From Octopus sinensis (lineage: Eukaryota): a stretch of 64,000 nt of DNA. The position numbers and the translations under genes were made by a program. Under the pieces are notes generated by a model. The model saw only the letters and a list, made by a program, of their open reading frames with translations, did not search any database and was not told the origin of the DNA. Of this stretch, positions 37,168 to 49,080 are shown piece by piece; position 1 is the stretch's first letter; every line of letters starts with the position of its first letter. The stretch is from assembly GCF_006345805.1 (NCBI RefSeq), contig NC_042998.1, positions 6,882,001-6,946,000 on the forward strand, in the 5' to 3' direction.

Positions 37168-37370
37168 CGGAGATGTACTCGCATAGCAAGTAATTGATCT
37201 GAGATCGTGTGCTGAAACAAAAACAATTGCGGTGTGGAAGGTGTTTATAAGCCATTTAAGAAACACACAAAAGCCGTTCGATTCACTAATTAAACTTAAA
37301 TGTTGAAGTGAATCGAACGGCGTTTGTGTGTTTCTTAAATGGCTTACAAACACCTTCCACGCTGCAATTG
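37165..37370. mobile_element. Fold-back element in a (TA)n tract: ~60-bp leader plus 64-bp inverted arms
   Basis: caattgcggtgtggaagg...cgattcact (37224-37287) / agtgaatcg...ctgcaattg (to 37370), about 60/64 identical. Confidence 0.8.
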
Positions 37371-37377
37371 TATATAT

Positions 37378-37426
<49 letters not shown>

Positions 37427-37499
37427 GTATATATATATACTACATACAGCATGTACAGCAGGTCATTTCCTTTATCCGCTGGTGACTGGACATTGCAAT

Positions 37500-37810
37500 A
37501 ACTTTGTCCTCATACAACAGTGTCACTTGTCTAACAATGCAGAGCAGCATTGACACATTTATGCTATCAGAGAATCTTTGTGTTGCTTAGATCCACATTG
37601 TAACATGCTTTTTCTGTCTGTTATCTTGCAGTCGCCACAGCCAAATTGGTCGCAGTTGTAGCCACTTCAACCTCGCTGCAGCTATTTTGCTTTCTGCCAT
37701 TTCTCTGAGGATTTCTTCTTTGTTTTCAGCTTTGCTCTTTCTTCTACATGTCTCTGTCACATCTCTGATGAAGTATTGTTTTGATTGCTTCTCCAGCTTG
37801 TAAATTATTA
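37500..37810 (-). mobile_element. Highly degenerate RTE-like LINE RT C-terminal fragment
   Basis: KEEILREMAESKIAAARL..LRPIW.WR...INVSMLL....TL resembles EI.RRIA.A..AF..L.PIW...V.S.LLY..ETWTL. Confidence 0.35.
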
Positions 37811-38619
37811 CTCTACTATCCTTCCTAAGTCCTTATCATCCAGATAGAACTTTATGGTTGATTCAGCTAAACCCCAACAACAACCAGTCTCTTCTTGAAC
37901 CACTGGTACATTGTCATCCTTGTGCTTCACATGATCATCTAAGCCCTTTACATTTTGACACTTTCTTTCATACATCCACACTATATTGCCTCCCCAAGGT
38001 ATGTCAACTAAACAATCAGGATATTTTTGTCAAGTCGGATTTTGTCATAAGTTTAAGAACGAAAAACACTATAACCTTTACAATCTTTTGGGGACTTTTA
38101 AGGGTTATACAACTGACATTTATATTAATCAGCTGCAGGTTGATGTTTGAAGGGAAAATATGGACAGGGAGAACATTGTAATTCTGAGAGAGGAAAGACT
38201 GTTGTAAAGTTTAGAATGGGGTTTGAAGGTGAGCCTTTGTAGAGATGGTGCTGTGTTTTAGTACAGATGGTGCACAATTTCCAAGTTTAGAGGAACAGGA
38301 ATGGTTGAAGTTAGTCTAAAAATGACAGAGAATATATAATATACTGATAGACTAGAGGTTATTGTTTTCATGTTAGTAAGTGAAGAATTGTCAGTCAGCG
38401 AGTGAGCCTTCATCTGAATGGGATTTAGGATGTTTATATTTGTAACAGTTGCTCCTTCTGAAGTGTATGAGAATTACTCTGTGGATTGCATTCGTGTAGA
38501 ACAGTGCAACAGATTCATGACTAATCAAAGTTTAAGCATATTGTGGTCTTGAAAAGGAAGTCAAGCCTTTGAGGTGTAGGTTTAGTTATGTTATAGAAAT
38601 GTGGGTCACAGTTAATCAT

Positions 38620-38930
38620 CATCATCATCATCATCATCGTTTAGCATCCGCTTTCCATGCTGGCATGGGTTGGACGGTGCAACTGGGGTCTGGGAAGCCA
38701 GAAGGCTGCACCGGGCCCAGTCTGATCTGGCAGTGTTTCTACGGCTGGATGCCCTTCCTAACGCCAACCACTCCATGAGTGTAGTGGGTGCTTTTTATGT
38801 GCCACCGGCACAGGTGCCAGATGAGGCTGGCAAACGGCCACGATCGGATGGTGCTTTCTACATGCCACCTGCACGGAAGCCAGTCAGGGCGGCACTGGCA
38901 ACGGTATCACAGCTACAATTTCCATTCATG
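38620..38930 (-). mobile_element. RTE-tailed repeat (family E)
   Basis: (cat)n cgtttagcatccgctttccatgctggcatggg...gcccttcctaacgccaaccactcc. Confidence 0.85.
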
Positions 38931-39906
38931 TTGATCGATTTTGATTTTTGATTTTAATGGTAATGAGAAATTATGTGCCCAAGCAAAAGTAAAATTTATG
39001 AAGTTATATAGTTGAGTAAGAAAGGTGTAATATTTCAGGTTTATTTTCTTGATATATGTAAGGACTACAGCTTAGTGTTGTTGAATGAAAGTAGGCTGTT
39101 ACTTTATTATTGCCTTGCCTTTTTGAACATATTACTTCAATGAAGAAGAGACTGGAAGACATAATAAAACTCTGAGGTAATACCAGAGATTACAGTCTAT
39201 TGAATATAGCGATCCCTGTTGATACATGCCACTGTGACAAGAAACTCCCAGTCTAAGAGATGCAGACATTATTAGAGTTTATAAGCAGATTACCTTACAA
39301 GATTTGGTTAAAGCTTTAATATTGTTAAAGACAATAACACTGCTGTTGACGAAGTTCCTCTGAGTGAGTGAATGATCAGAGATGTATGAGATATGAGAGC
39401 AAGTATCTAAATGATTTGGCTCTGTGGAATCTGTGGAATATGATTTCTGAGGAGGTATAAGAGATTCAAGATGGCTGTAGAGTTGATTGTCGATGACAGT
39501 TTCAATTGTATTTGCAAGTGTCTGGTAGATTTGGCTCTGCAGAACCTGTATTTATGATTACTGAGGAGGTATAAGAAATTGAAGATGGTTATAGAGTTGA
39601 TAGTCGACGACAATTTCAATTGACTTTGAGAGGTGTTGCAACAGCAAGGATGGAAGTTGGCAGCATCGGCAGTGTTGTTCTTAAGTAGAGGAAACACTTT
39701 CAAGTGCTTCCATAAATGAATATTAATATCTATAAAGAATGCAAAAATGAAAAGTTTGGTGAAAGTGAAAGCGATGACATTATGGATATCAATCAACATG
39801 TTTGGTTGGAATCACCACAAAGGTTCTCACATCCCTTATCCCTTATCAGCTATACGCATAATGAGGGCATAGTTAGTAGCGTTGAGAAGCAGTATGAGTT
39901 AGCAAC

Positions 39907-40550
39907 CAAGATACATAAATTATAGCTGACTTACCAAATTGCCTGTTATTTTAATTTAATTTTAGAATTTTAGTAACATTACCATTTAAAAGATTTTATT
40001 AAGACGGTGAAATTTTTGCACAAGACATAATTTTCTCAGCTTACAAATGTCAAGATTTTGAAAATCAGAGGTAATTGTTGATGCTAGAAGCCTATTTTGT
40101 TTATTGCTGCCAATAATACTTATTTCTTTACTACCCACAAGGGGCTAGACATAGAGGGGACAAACAAGGACAGACAAAGGGATTAAGTCGATTATAACGA
40201 CCCCAGTGCGAAACTGGTACTTTATTTATCAACTCCGAAAGGATGAAAGGCAAAGTCGACCTTGGTAGAATTTGAACTCAGAACAAAGCGGCAGACGAAA
40301 TACCGTTAAGCATTTCACCCGACGTGCTAAAGATTCTGCCAGCTCGCCGCCTTAACAAGATACATAAATTATAGCTGACTTACCGAATTGCCAGTGATTT
40401 TAATTTAATTTTAGAATTTTAGTAACATTACCTTTTAAAAGATTTTATTAAGACGGTGAAATTTTTGCACAAGACATAATTTTCTCAGCTTACAAATGTC
40501 AAGATTTTGAAAATCAGAAGCCTATTTTGTTTATTACTGCCAATAATACT
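39907..40550 (+). repeat. ~200-bp direct duplication (39907-40120; 40356-40550) flanking a SINE
   Basis: About 5 substitutions plus one 19-bp deletion between copies. Confidence 0.92.
40121..40355 (-). mobile_element. SINE family A, full length
   Basis: Reverse complement of the family consensus from ttaaggcggcgagc to gtaaagaaata. Confidence 0.9.
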
Positions 40551-41209
40551 GTGTTTAACTGCCATGCCAACTGTTATATTCCGCTTCTAAATCAGTGAAT
40601 GAAATGGAGTAGTTCACTTTCTCTCCACAAATGTTTTTCAATAGATGACCTCGCTGAAATTCCCATGCAGTTTGGCTTTTATCTGTGATTTTTTTTCCTG
40701 CAATTAACCTATGGCCAGGATTTTTCTCTCTATGCTTAATGTTAGGAAATAAGAACTTTAATTATATCAATCACATTGAATCCTTTTCTTGTATCTGTTG
40801 TCAGGGACAATATTACAGATTTCATTCACTGAAGTGAATGAATTCATTATCATGAACAGTGGAATCATTACATGCCATCTAAATTGATGTCATCATTGGC
40901 ATCACCACCACCACCACCACCACTACCATCATCAGCATCATTGTCATCATCATTAGAACCCTTTACAAAATATTTGAAGTGCATACATTCAAACATACAA
41001 TAACATACATATATTCATGTGTGTGTGTGCAAGACAGCCACGTAGATGCAGGTTCATGCAAACCCATTATTGGGTGTTCGGGGTAAATTTGACAGTTTGC
41101 ATAAAAGGAAAAAGAAAACAACATCTCATTTGGAAATAAAGGTAGTTTGAAGAAATCTAAAAATATTTACTGGATTATGGCTAGAAGATAACACCTTACT
41201 CAAAGTAGA

Positions 41210-42150
41210 TTCTCACAGCTTCAACCACAGCCTCACGATTGCTTTGGAACCTGGTGAATGTGTTCCTAACTGCATCCCTGAGAAGATCTTTGGACACCTC
41301 CTTCGTCTTAGCTAACAGTTTGGCCTTGGCATTGCAAGCAGAGCAGTTGGTGTGTTTTTCAACATGTAGTAATTCATGGGTTTACAATTGGGAAATTAGG
41401 AAACCAGGAATTGGGGCTGATGAAGTCGTAGAGATTCTCCAACAAATGCTTCTGACTCATTCTAGAGGTATGGAAAGGAACTGAATCCTGCTGCCACACA
41501 TATTACTGTCCAGCAGCAACCCACTCCTGCCAACATTTGACCACTATCTCCAGCCACTTTACATAGCCATCTGAGATGAGCCTACATAGCCATTTGAACT
41601 GAGCCTACATAACCATCTGAATTGAGTCTACAAGCCATTTGAATCAAGCCTACATAACCATCTGAATTGAGCCTAAATAGCATTTTTGGATTGAGTCTAC
41701 ATAGCCATCTGAATTGAGCTTATATAACCATTTGAACTGAGCCTACATAGCGATCTGAATTGAGCTTACATAGCTATCTGAACTGAGCCTATTTAGCCAT
41801 CTGAAATGAGCTTAAGTCTCTGTTCATAGATGCAAGGCTGAATTCCAAAGTACAAATGTAGTCAAAACACCAGCTGTGTCTCTTCCTGCCAGCCACAGAT
41901 GCATAGTTTCTTTTGCAGCTGTCCATCTCATGCCTTGCAGCCTTTACAGTGTTCACAGAATTTTGAACAGAGGTCATGATGTCGGCATTTTGACTCTCAG
42001 CCTAAATCCTCATGATACAGGTAACGCTTTGCCACTATACAAATGGCTTCCAGTCCTCCATGTCACCTGACTTTTTCTCAATTACAACTTCAGTCTTTAT
42101 GCTCTCCACTGCCATTGACTGTTTACCAATACATCAAGCTGTTCTTGAAA
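41210..42150 (-). mobile_element. Internally deleted Tc1/mariner-superfamily transposase remnant (maT-like)
   Basis: N-terminal I*AESQNADIM..NSVNTVKAARHEMDSCKRNYASVAGRKRHS (41810-42080); C-terminal DGYVKWLEIVV..VAAG..YVWQQDS.P.HTSR..W.PN.P..NP and CNAKAKLLAKTKEV..RFQSNREAVVEA (41215-41575); middle replaced by a minisatellite. Confidence 0.8.
41560..41813. repeat. 23-bp minisatellite GAGCCTACATAGCCATCTGAATT, ~11 copies
   Basis: Directly visible. Confidence 0.95.
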
Positions 42151-42174
42151 AAAGGAGACATAAACACTTGTCAG

Positions 42175-42206
<32 letters not shown>

Positions 42207-42229
42207 CATGGACTCTCCTGTCGTTAGAC

Positions 42230-42500
42230 GACATATGAGGGTTTGGTAATTTCTTGCCAAACAACAACACAGATGATTTGTTTATAGTGATCAAATATTT
42301 GTGTACACATAAGCTCATTCCCTCCATCAAATTAACATTACCTGTACAGGTGCACCATGTGCCACATGTCAGATGACGAAATGATCGCAGAGCAACATGA
42401 AATGAAATACTTTGCTCAAGAACGCAATGCAATGCCCAGTCTAGGAATTGAAACCACAATCCCACAATCATGAGTGCAACACCCATACCACTAAGCCATA
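42230..42500 (-). mobile_element. Family D-related SINE, degenerate
   Basis: aaatgaaatactttgctcaagaacgcaatgc...accactaagccat matches 2560-2660. Confidence 0.6.
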
Positions 42501-42502
42501 TA

Positions 42503-42912
42503 TATATACTCTTTACTCTTTTTACTCTTTTACTCGTTTCAGTCATTTGACTGCAGCCATGCTGGAGCACCACCTTTAGTCGAGCAAATCGACCCCGGGA
42601 CTTATTCTTTGTAAGCCCAGTACTTATTCTATCGGTCTCTTTTGCCGAACCGCTTAGTGACGGGGACATAAACATACCGGCATCGGTTGTCAAGCAATGC
42701 TAGAGGGACAAACACAGACACACAAACATATACATACACATACATATATATATACATATGTACGACAGGCTTCTTTCAGTTTCCGTCTACCAAATCCACT
42801 CACAAGGCTTTGGTCGGCCCGAGGCTATAGCAGAAGACACTTGCCCAAGTGGGACTGAACCCAGAACCATATGGCTGGTTAGCAAGCTACTTACCACACA
42901 GCCACTCCTGTA
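42503..42912 (-). mobile_element. SINE family B
   Basis: Reverse complement of 31684-type consensus with (ctctttta)n tail. Confidence 0.88.
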
Positions 42913-43189
42913 TGTATGTATATATGTATATGATGATAATCATCATCATCATCATTTTAACTTCCACTCATTCAAGCTCACGTCAATCAGAAGGAATATG
43001 TCAAAGAAGGTTTTCTGTTACCAACCTTAATACGTCTCCAAAGAAGGTAATATTCCAAGTGAGGAAATTTCATGGTTGGCAAGCAAACTTCTTCACCATA
43101 CAGCTATATCTGGGTTATATCATCATCAATCAACAGCATCGTTTAATGCCTGCTTCCCATGCTAGCATGGGTTGAATATATATATATAT

Positions 43190-43700
43190 CATCATCATCA
43201 TCACTGTTTAATGTCTGCCTTCCATGCTGGCATGGGTGGGATGGTACTACAAGAGCCGGCCGGGTAAAAGCCTGCACCAGATTTCTGTAACTCTGTTTGC
43301 AGGATTTTTACTGCTGGATGCTCTTCCTTATATCAACCACTTGGCAGAGTGGACTTAGTGCTTTTTACATGGCACAAGCAAAGGTGAGGTCAGTTTTGGC
43401 AAGATTTTTACTGCTGGATGCCCTTCCTAACACCAACCACTCAGCAGAGTGGACTTAGTGCTTTTTACATGGCACAAGCAAAGGTGAGGTCAGTTTTGGC
43501 AAGATTTTTACTGCTGGATGCCCTTCCTAACACCAACCACTCAGCAGAGTGGACTTAGTGCTTTTTACATGGCACAAGCAAAGGTGAGGTCAGTTTTGGC
43601 AAGATTTTTACTGCTGGAGGCCCTTCCAAACACAAACCAATTTACGGTGTGGACAGGGTGCTTTTAAATGGCACCTGCACTGACAAGGTCACCAAGGCAA
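43190..43700 (-). mobile_element. Family E-related element containing a 100-bp tandem repeat (~3.4 copies, 43300-43640)
   Basis: aagatttttactgctggatgcccttcc... recurs at 43401, 43501, 43601. Confidence 0.85.
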
Positions 43701-43815
43701 AAAAAAAACTTTTAAGAGGGGAGAGGGCATTGGAGAAGGTGATCTTGTGTTGAATGATGAAAGGTTGTAGTGAGACAGAGAAGGACAGAGACAGGTGTCT
43801 TGCTGTAGAGGAAGA

Positions 43816-43854
<39 letters not shown>

Positions 43855-44356
43855 AGGAATGAAGACAAAAACAGGTGCTCTACTGCAAAGGAAAAACATG
43901 GTTACCCAACCTGAGGGAAGTGCAGGAGAAGGAGAGAGAGAAAGAGAGAGAGATAGTGGGAGACAGCAGGATAGAGATAGTGGCAAAGTGCCAGGTATAT
44001 TCACAAGGAACGGGGATCAGAATATAAATGGAATGGTTGAGTAAAGGAAGAGAGAGACATAGATGGTGGCAAGTGCCAGGGCATACTGTTGAGGTTCGAA
44101 TGCTATAACATAAGTGGCAGGATATTGCGAAGGAAGTGTGATTGAAGAGTGCAGAGAGGGGGGAGTGAGTGACGAAAATCTGGGTATATATATATATACA
44201 CACATAATTAAAGTAGGCAGCGGTTTAGCAATGTGTTACCAAAAAGGAAAACTATAATTGTCATTAGATATGACTGAGGGAGTTAGAAAACCTACAATGC
44301 TAGAAATAAGAGCTAAAGTGCCCTGAGGCAGTCAATACACACAATCGTATGCATAC

Positions 44357-44575
44357 ATACTGACAGCAACCATAAACAGCCAAAAGAGGCAATTGAGATA
44401 TCCCTATACTGTCAGACAGTTTCAGCTTTAACACTGGAGCCTCTTCAGTAGGACCCAGAATCTGGTGAGTGGTGCAGACCTTACCGAAGATGCTCTGGTG
44501 TTAAAGACGAAAGTGTCTGGTTGTATAGGGATGTCTCAGCTGCCACTATCGGCCGTTTATGGTCACTGTCGGTAT
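44357..44575. mobile_element. 219-bp fold-back element with hammerhead-like cores in both arms
   Basis: ~95-bp inverted arms atactgacagcaaccataaac...cagtagg / ccttaccg...ggtcactgtcggtat, ~25-nt loop. Confidence 0.8.
44411..44452 (-). ncRNA. Minimal hammerhead ribozyme-like motif (degenerate)
   Basis: CCUA-CUGAAGA-GGCU-CCAGUGUUAA-AGCU-GAAA-C-U-GUC-UGAC: intact core, 4-bp stem II, GUC cleavage triplet; stem I weak. Confidence 0.5.
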
Positions 44576-44584
44576 CTATATATG

Positions 44585-44730
44585 TATAATAATAATAAAC
44601 ATTGTGTACAGTGCTCAGGTGCACTACAACTCATCTAAAGTGCATATATAATCAGGTGTAGTTTCGACGGATTTCGGAAAGCATGAGGGCCTTGAAGGAT
44701 GCAGTGTCAGGATGCAGTATAAAATTATGT
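44585..44730 (-). mobile_element. CR1/L2-like LINE 3' end with (ATT)n tail
   Basis: Minus ..PDTASFKALMLSEIRRNYT* then tgtagtgcacctgagcactgtacacaat(tta)n; the same 3' motif occurs at 27345-27400. Confidence 0.5.
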
Positions 44731-44809
44731 GCGTTGACTGCAGCACCAGAGTGCTTTAGCTCTTATTCCTAGCATTGCAGGTGTTCATATTTAATGGCAA
44801 TTATACATA

Positions 44810-45122
44810 TATCTGTGCCGGTGGCATGTAAAAAGAACCAACCGATCGTGGCCACTGCCAGCCTCCCCTGGCACCTGTGCCAGTGGCACGTCAAAAGCAC
44901 CAACCAATTGTGGCCGCTGCCAGCCTCCCCTGGCACCTGTGCCAGTGGCATGTAAAAAGCACCCGCTACACGCTTGGAGTGGTTGGCATTAGGAAGGGCA
45001 TCCAGCTGTAGAAACACTGCCAGATCACACTGGAGCCTGGTGCAGCCTTCTGGCTTCCCAGACCGTCCAACCCATGCTAGCACAGAAAACGGACGTTAAA
45101 CAATGATGATGATGATGATGAT
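44810..45122 (+). mobile_element. Family E element with a 62-bp internal tandem repeat
   Basis: ggca(t/c)gt.aaaag.accaacc...gccagcctcccctggcacctgtgccagt x2.3, then the family E body and (gat)n. Confidence 0.85.
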
Positions 45123-45877
45123 ATTCTCTTGTTTTGTATTCTGTTTTCCTGTTCACATCACCAAATCTATGCATGTATGTATGTATGTACATACGTACAT
45201 ATGTACAAATATAAACTGAATGAATTTCAAAATTTCCAACTGAACACCTTAGAATACGAAATATTAAATAAATAGACCAAGTATGATAAATCTAATATTG
45301 TAAGATGTAAGAAAATTCTGTTCAATATACTTGAATATAATAAACTGGCTAAGAAAACCAAGAACAATTAATGTAAATAGAATTATATGTTAACAACAGA
45401 ATTTAGTTATATTTCTTGTTTATGTTTTACAAATTCTATGAATGCTCATAAGATTTTATCCAACACAGGATACAATGAAATAACATTACAAAATGGACTG
45501 CTGGAAAATAAATTTAGGTTTAATTCTATTGAAATATCTTTAAAAATCACCAGTGTGAAAACTGGCGAACAAATGTATTAGAAGTTAGCTGTATATTTCT
45601 GACATCTTATAAAAGGATTAATTTTATCTTTACCCCCCTCCAGCCCATCACCTTACCAGGAGTTGAAATAAATAAATAGATGAAATAACAGGAAAATGAT
45701 GGGTCAGCAATCCACATTGGTCTTTTGTATTATCTCACACTTCACCTGGTATATTGTTTCCTTGGAGTATTTTACATGCTTTTTTTTTTGCTTCTTTGAG
45801 GGAATCCAAAGCCCCATTTCCACTGTTCCCAGAGGCCTTCATTTCTGTTGCTTGCATACTCTCTTTTCTCTGTTACT

Positions 45878-46272
45878 CTTTTACTTGTTTCAGTCATTTG
45901 ACTGCGGCCATGCTGGAGCACCACCTTTAGTCGATCAAATCGACCCCGGGACTTATTCTTTTTGTAAGCCCAGTACTTATTCTATCGGTCTCTTTTGCCG
46001 AACCGCTAAGTAAACACACCAGCATCGGTTGTCAAGCAAAGCTAGGGGGACAAACACAGACACAGAAACACACACACACACACATATATATATGTATACA
46101 TATATACGACAAGCTTCTTTCAGTTACCGTCTACCAAATTCACTCACAAGGCATTGGTCGGCCCGAGGCTATAGCAGAAGACACTTGCCCAAGATGCCAT
46201 GCAGTGGGACTGAACCCGGAACCATGTGGTTGGTTAGCAAGCTACTTACCACACAGCCACTCCTGCGCCTAT
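45878..46272 (-). mobile_element. SINE family B
   Basis: Reverse complement of the consensus ending ccactcctgcgcctat. Confidence 0.88.
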
Positions 46273-46659
46273 AGTGTAATATAGCAAAGCAAACATGAAA
46301 GACGTACTATAGTCAAAATGATGATGAAGAAGTGGAAAAGAAGCAGAGATTACAAGGGTGATAATCCCGATGATGGTGCATAGTGTGTGTGTGTGTGTGT
46401 AGCTAATATATAGTGTGTATATGGTAGTGAATGGGGGTGGGGGAATGGTTAACTTTAATGATGATGAGGAATTTATGTTAAAAGCAATGTTTTCTGAAAT
46501 AATATTAAACATTTTTTCCCCTTCTACTCACCCCTCCCCCACCTACTCTATGTAAGATGTAAGCTAATGGTTTCTTTTTTTTTTTATTTCTTGTTTGTAT
46601 TTTTTTTAAATCCATAAAGATATTTCAAATTGAAACGTTGCAAGAGATGAATAATAGAA

Positions 46660-46683
46660 CCTACTACTACTACCACCACCACC

Positions 46684-46727
<44 letters not shown>

Positions 46728-46975
46728 CACCACCACCACTACTACTACTATCACTGCTGCTGCTACTACTACTACTACCACTATCACTGCCACCACTATT
46801 ATTACTACCACCACCATCACTACCATCACCACCATGGAATCATCATCATCATCATCATCATCATCAAATCAATAGTAACATATTTGGAGTGCAAAGCATC
46901 AAAGTCATCTTAATAATAATCATCATCATTGTTGTCGTCATCGTCATCATCATCGTCGTCATCAACAGCTGTAGT
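46660..46975. repeat. (TAC)/(CAC)/(CAT) trinucleotide compound repeat
   Basis: Directly visible. Confidence 0.95.
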
Positions 46976-47753
46976 AGTAGTAGTCACATCTTCTGCTTCC
47001 TTTACAAAATCTTATTTTTTGTCATCTCCTTAAGGATTATAAAACCATTTTGTTCCTCTAATCTTCATTTTATTATTTCTGCAATGTTTGAGAAATAAAA
47101 TTTGAAAGGAAGTCAAAATTACTTGACAATTTTTTAAAATTTTATTTTATTTATTTTTCCGTTTTTTTGTGCATTGTGTTTCTACATAAACATAAAGAAA
47201 TAATGTCTTAGAAAAAGGGGAAAAATAGGAAAAGAAGAAGGAGATATCAAGGATGAAATCAGATGTTGAAGTAGAGGAGGCATAGAATAATCTCATTTTG
47301 GTCTTGACCAAACAGCAGATGTATAAAATCAAACACATTCCAGCTAAGATCATTCTATCTATTTCTTTTTTGGTAGGTTGGTGATGGAGGGTGTCCACTG
47401 TAGCATACTCCTGATAGAGTATGCTACAGACTATATTATCCAATAAGTCCTTTGCCAAGTCAGTAGATGTGGTTTGAAGGAAATTTGTGGTTTGATGGCT
47501 ACTACTTCTAGTTGACTAAAGTGACTTCTAGTTAGTTTGTTTAAATTGAAATCATGCTCTTAAGATCATCAGCCAAATACCCTGACCACCAAGGCATGAG
47601 TGTCCATATATATATATATAATATATATATATATATATTTCTGCTGCTTTTAAATAAAGCATATTACTCTACCACTGGTATTTGAGTACTCTTTTTCCAC
47701 CTTGTTTCACATTTATGTGCTTACTCCGGTGTATATATATATATATATACACC

Positions 47754-47980
47754 GGCGAGCTGGTAGAAACGTTAGCACGCCGGGCGAAATTCGTAGTCGT
47801 ATTTCGTCTGTCGTTACGTTCCGAGTTCAAATTCCGCCGAGGTCGACTTTGCCTTTCATCCTTTCGGGGTCGATAAATTAAGTACCAGTTACGCACTGGG
47901 GTCGATGTAGTTGACTTAATCCCTTTGTCTGTCCTTGTTTGTCCCCTCTGTGTTTAGCCCCTTGTGGGTAGTAAAGAAAT
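47754..47980 (+). mobile_element. SINE family A within a (TA)n tract
   Basis: ggcgagctggtagaaacg...gtaaagaaata. Confidence 0.88.
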
Positions 47981-47994
47981 ATATATATATATAT

Positions 47995-48307
47995 ATCACG
48001 TGATCACTGTGACCGACCAGGCTATAAGAGGATGCTACACATCACTGGTCACAATGCGCTTCGTATTGTTTTAGCCTTCAAATGATGCCACCCAGCTGGC
48101 TAAGCAAGCAGGCCAACAGAAGAAAGAGTGAGAGAAAGTCGTGGCAAAAGAGTACAGCAGGGATTGCCACCAACACCCCTGCCGGAGCCTCGTGGAGCTT
48201 TAGGTGTTTTCGCTCAATAAACATTTACAACGCTTGGTCTGGGAATCGAAACTGCGATCCTATGACTGAGAGTCCACTGCTCTAACCACTGGGCCATTGC
48301 ACCTCCA
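47995..48307 (-). mobile_element. SINE family C, full length
   Basis: Reverse complement of 1488-1764 with B-box gtttcgattccc intact. Confidence 0.88.
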
Positions 48308-48602
48308 CAGTTTGTTTAAATATACAGTACAAAAGCAGTTTAGCGGTTGTTCACTGGTATGGTCTTGGAGCTTGTTCCATGTTTTCACTAAATGTTTTAG
48401 GTGTCAGTGTAGTCACTAGCAGATACAAATACCATCTTGGCCTTTCAACCCTTGATCGAAACAGCAGAACATCGAAGTGTGACAGCCAGAGGCAGGGATT
48501 GCTGTACCAGTGCTCAACTGGTACTCACTTTCAGTTGAATAAACTGAAGCATCCTGTAGTGATGTGTGTGTGTATAAACACTTATAAACATACAAGTGTG
48601 AC

Positions 48603-49080
48603 TGTATGGCATAGACATGGCTGTGTGATAAGAAGTTCGCTTCTCTACCATGTGACTTTGGGTTCAGTTCCACTGCTTGGCATCTTGGGCAAGTGTATTG
48701 TACTTTTGCTATGGGCTGACCAAAGCCCTGTGAGTGGATTTAGTTGGCAGAAACTGAAAGAGCCCAACACACACACACACACACATACACACACACACAC
48801 ATATGGAGTGTAGTGCATCTATGTGTGTATATATCTATGTGAGTAAATGCATCTTTGTGTCTGTGTTTGTCATGCTGCTCCACTGCTTGAAAACCGGTGT
48901 TGCTTTGTTTATGTCCCTGTAACTTAGCAGTACAGCCAAAAAGACCAATAAGATAAGTACCAGACATTTTTTTTTCCTAATTATGTCCTGGGGTTGATTT
49001 GTTCGACTTAAACCATTCAAGGTGGTGCACCAGCATGACCAGAACTCGATGATAGAAACAAGTAAAAGATAAAAGATAAA
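48603..49080 (+). mobile_element. SINE family B, older copy
   Basis: catggctgtgtgataag...gggttcagttccactgc...gtaaaagataaaag. Confidence 0.75.

Noticed and set aside
38160-38560. Possible CR1/L2 RT C-terminal remnant on the minus strand
   Set aside because: Only vague motif resemblance across several frameshifts; cannot support it
39716-39925. Possible C2H2 zinc-finger gene
   Set aside because: No C-x2-C...H-x3-H pattern or TGEKPY linker
46584-46913. Poly-His/Tyr and poly-Val ORFs
   Set aside because: Trinucleotide microsatellite without splice or start context
47398-47429. Perfect 13-bp hairpin ctgtagcatactc-ctgata-gagtatgctacag
   Set aside because: Too short for a pre-miRNA and lies in sequence resembling the repeat at ~21130-21200
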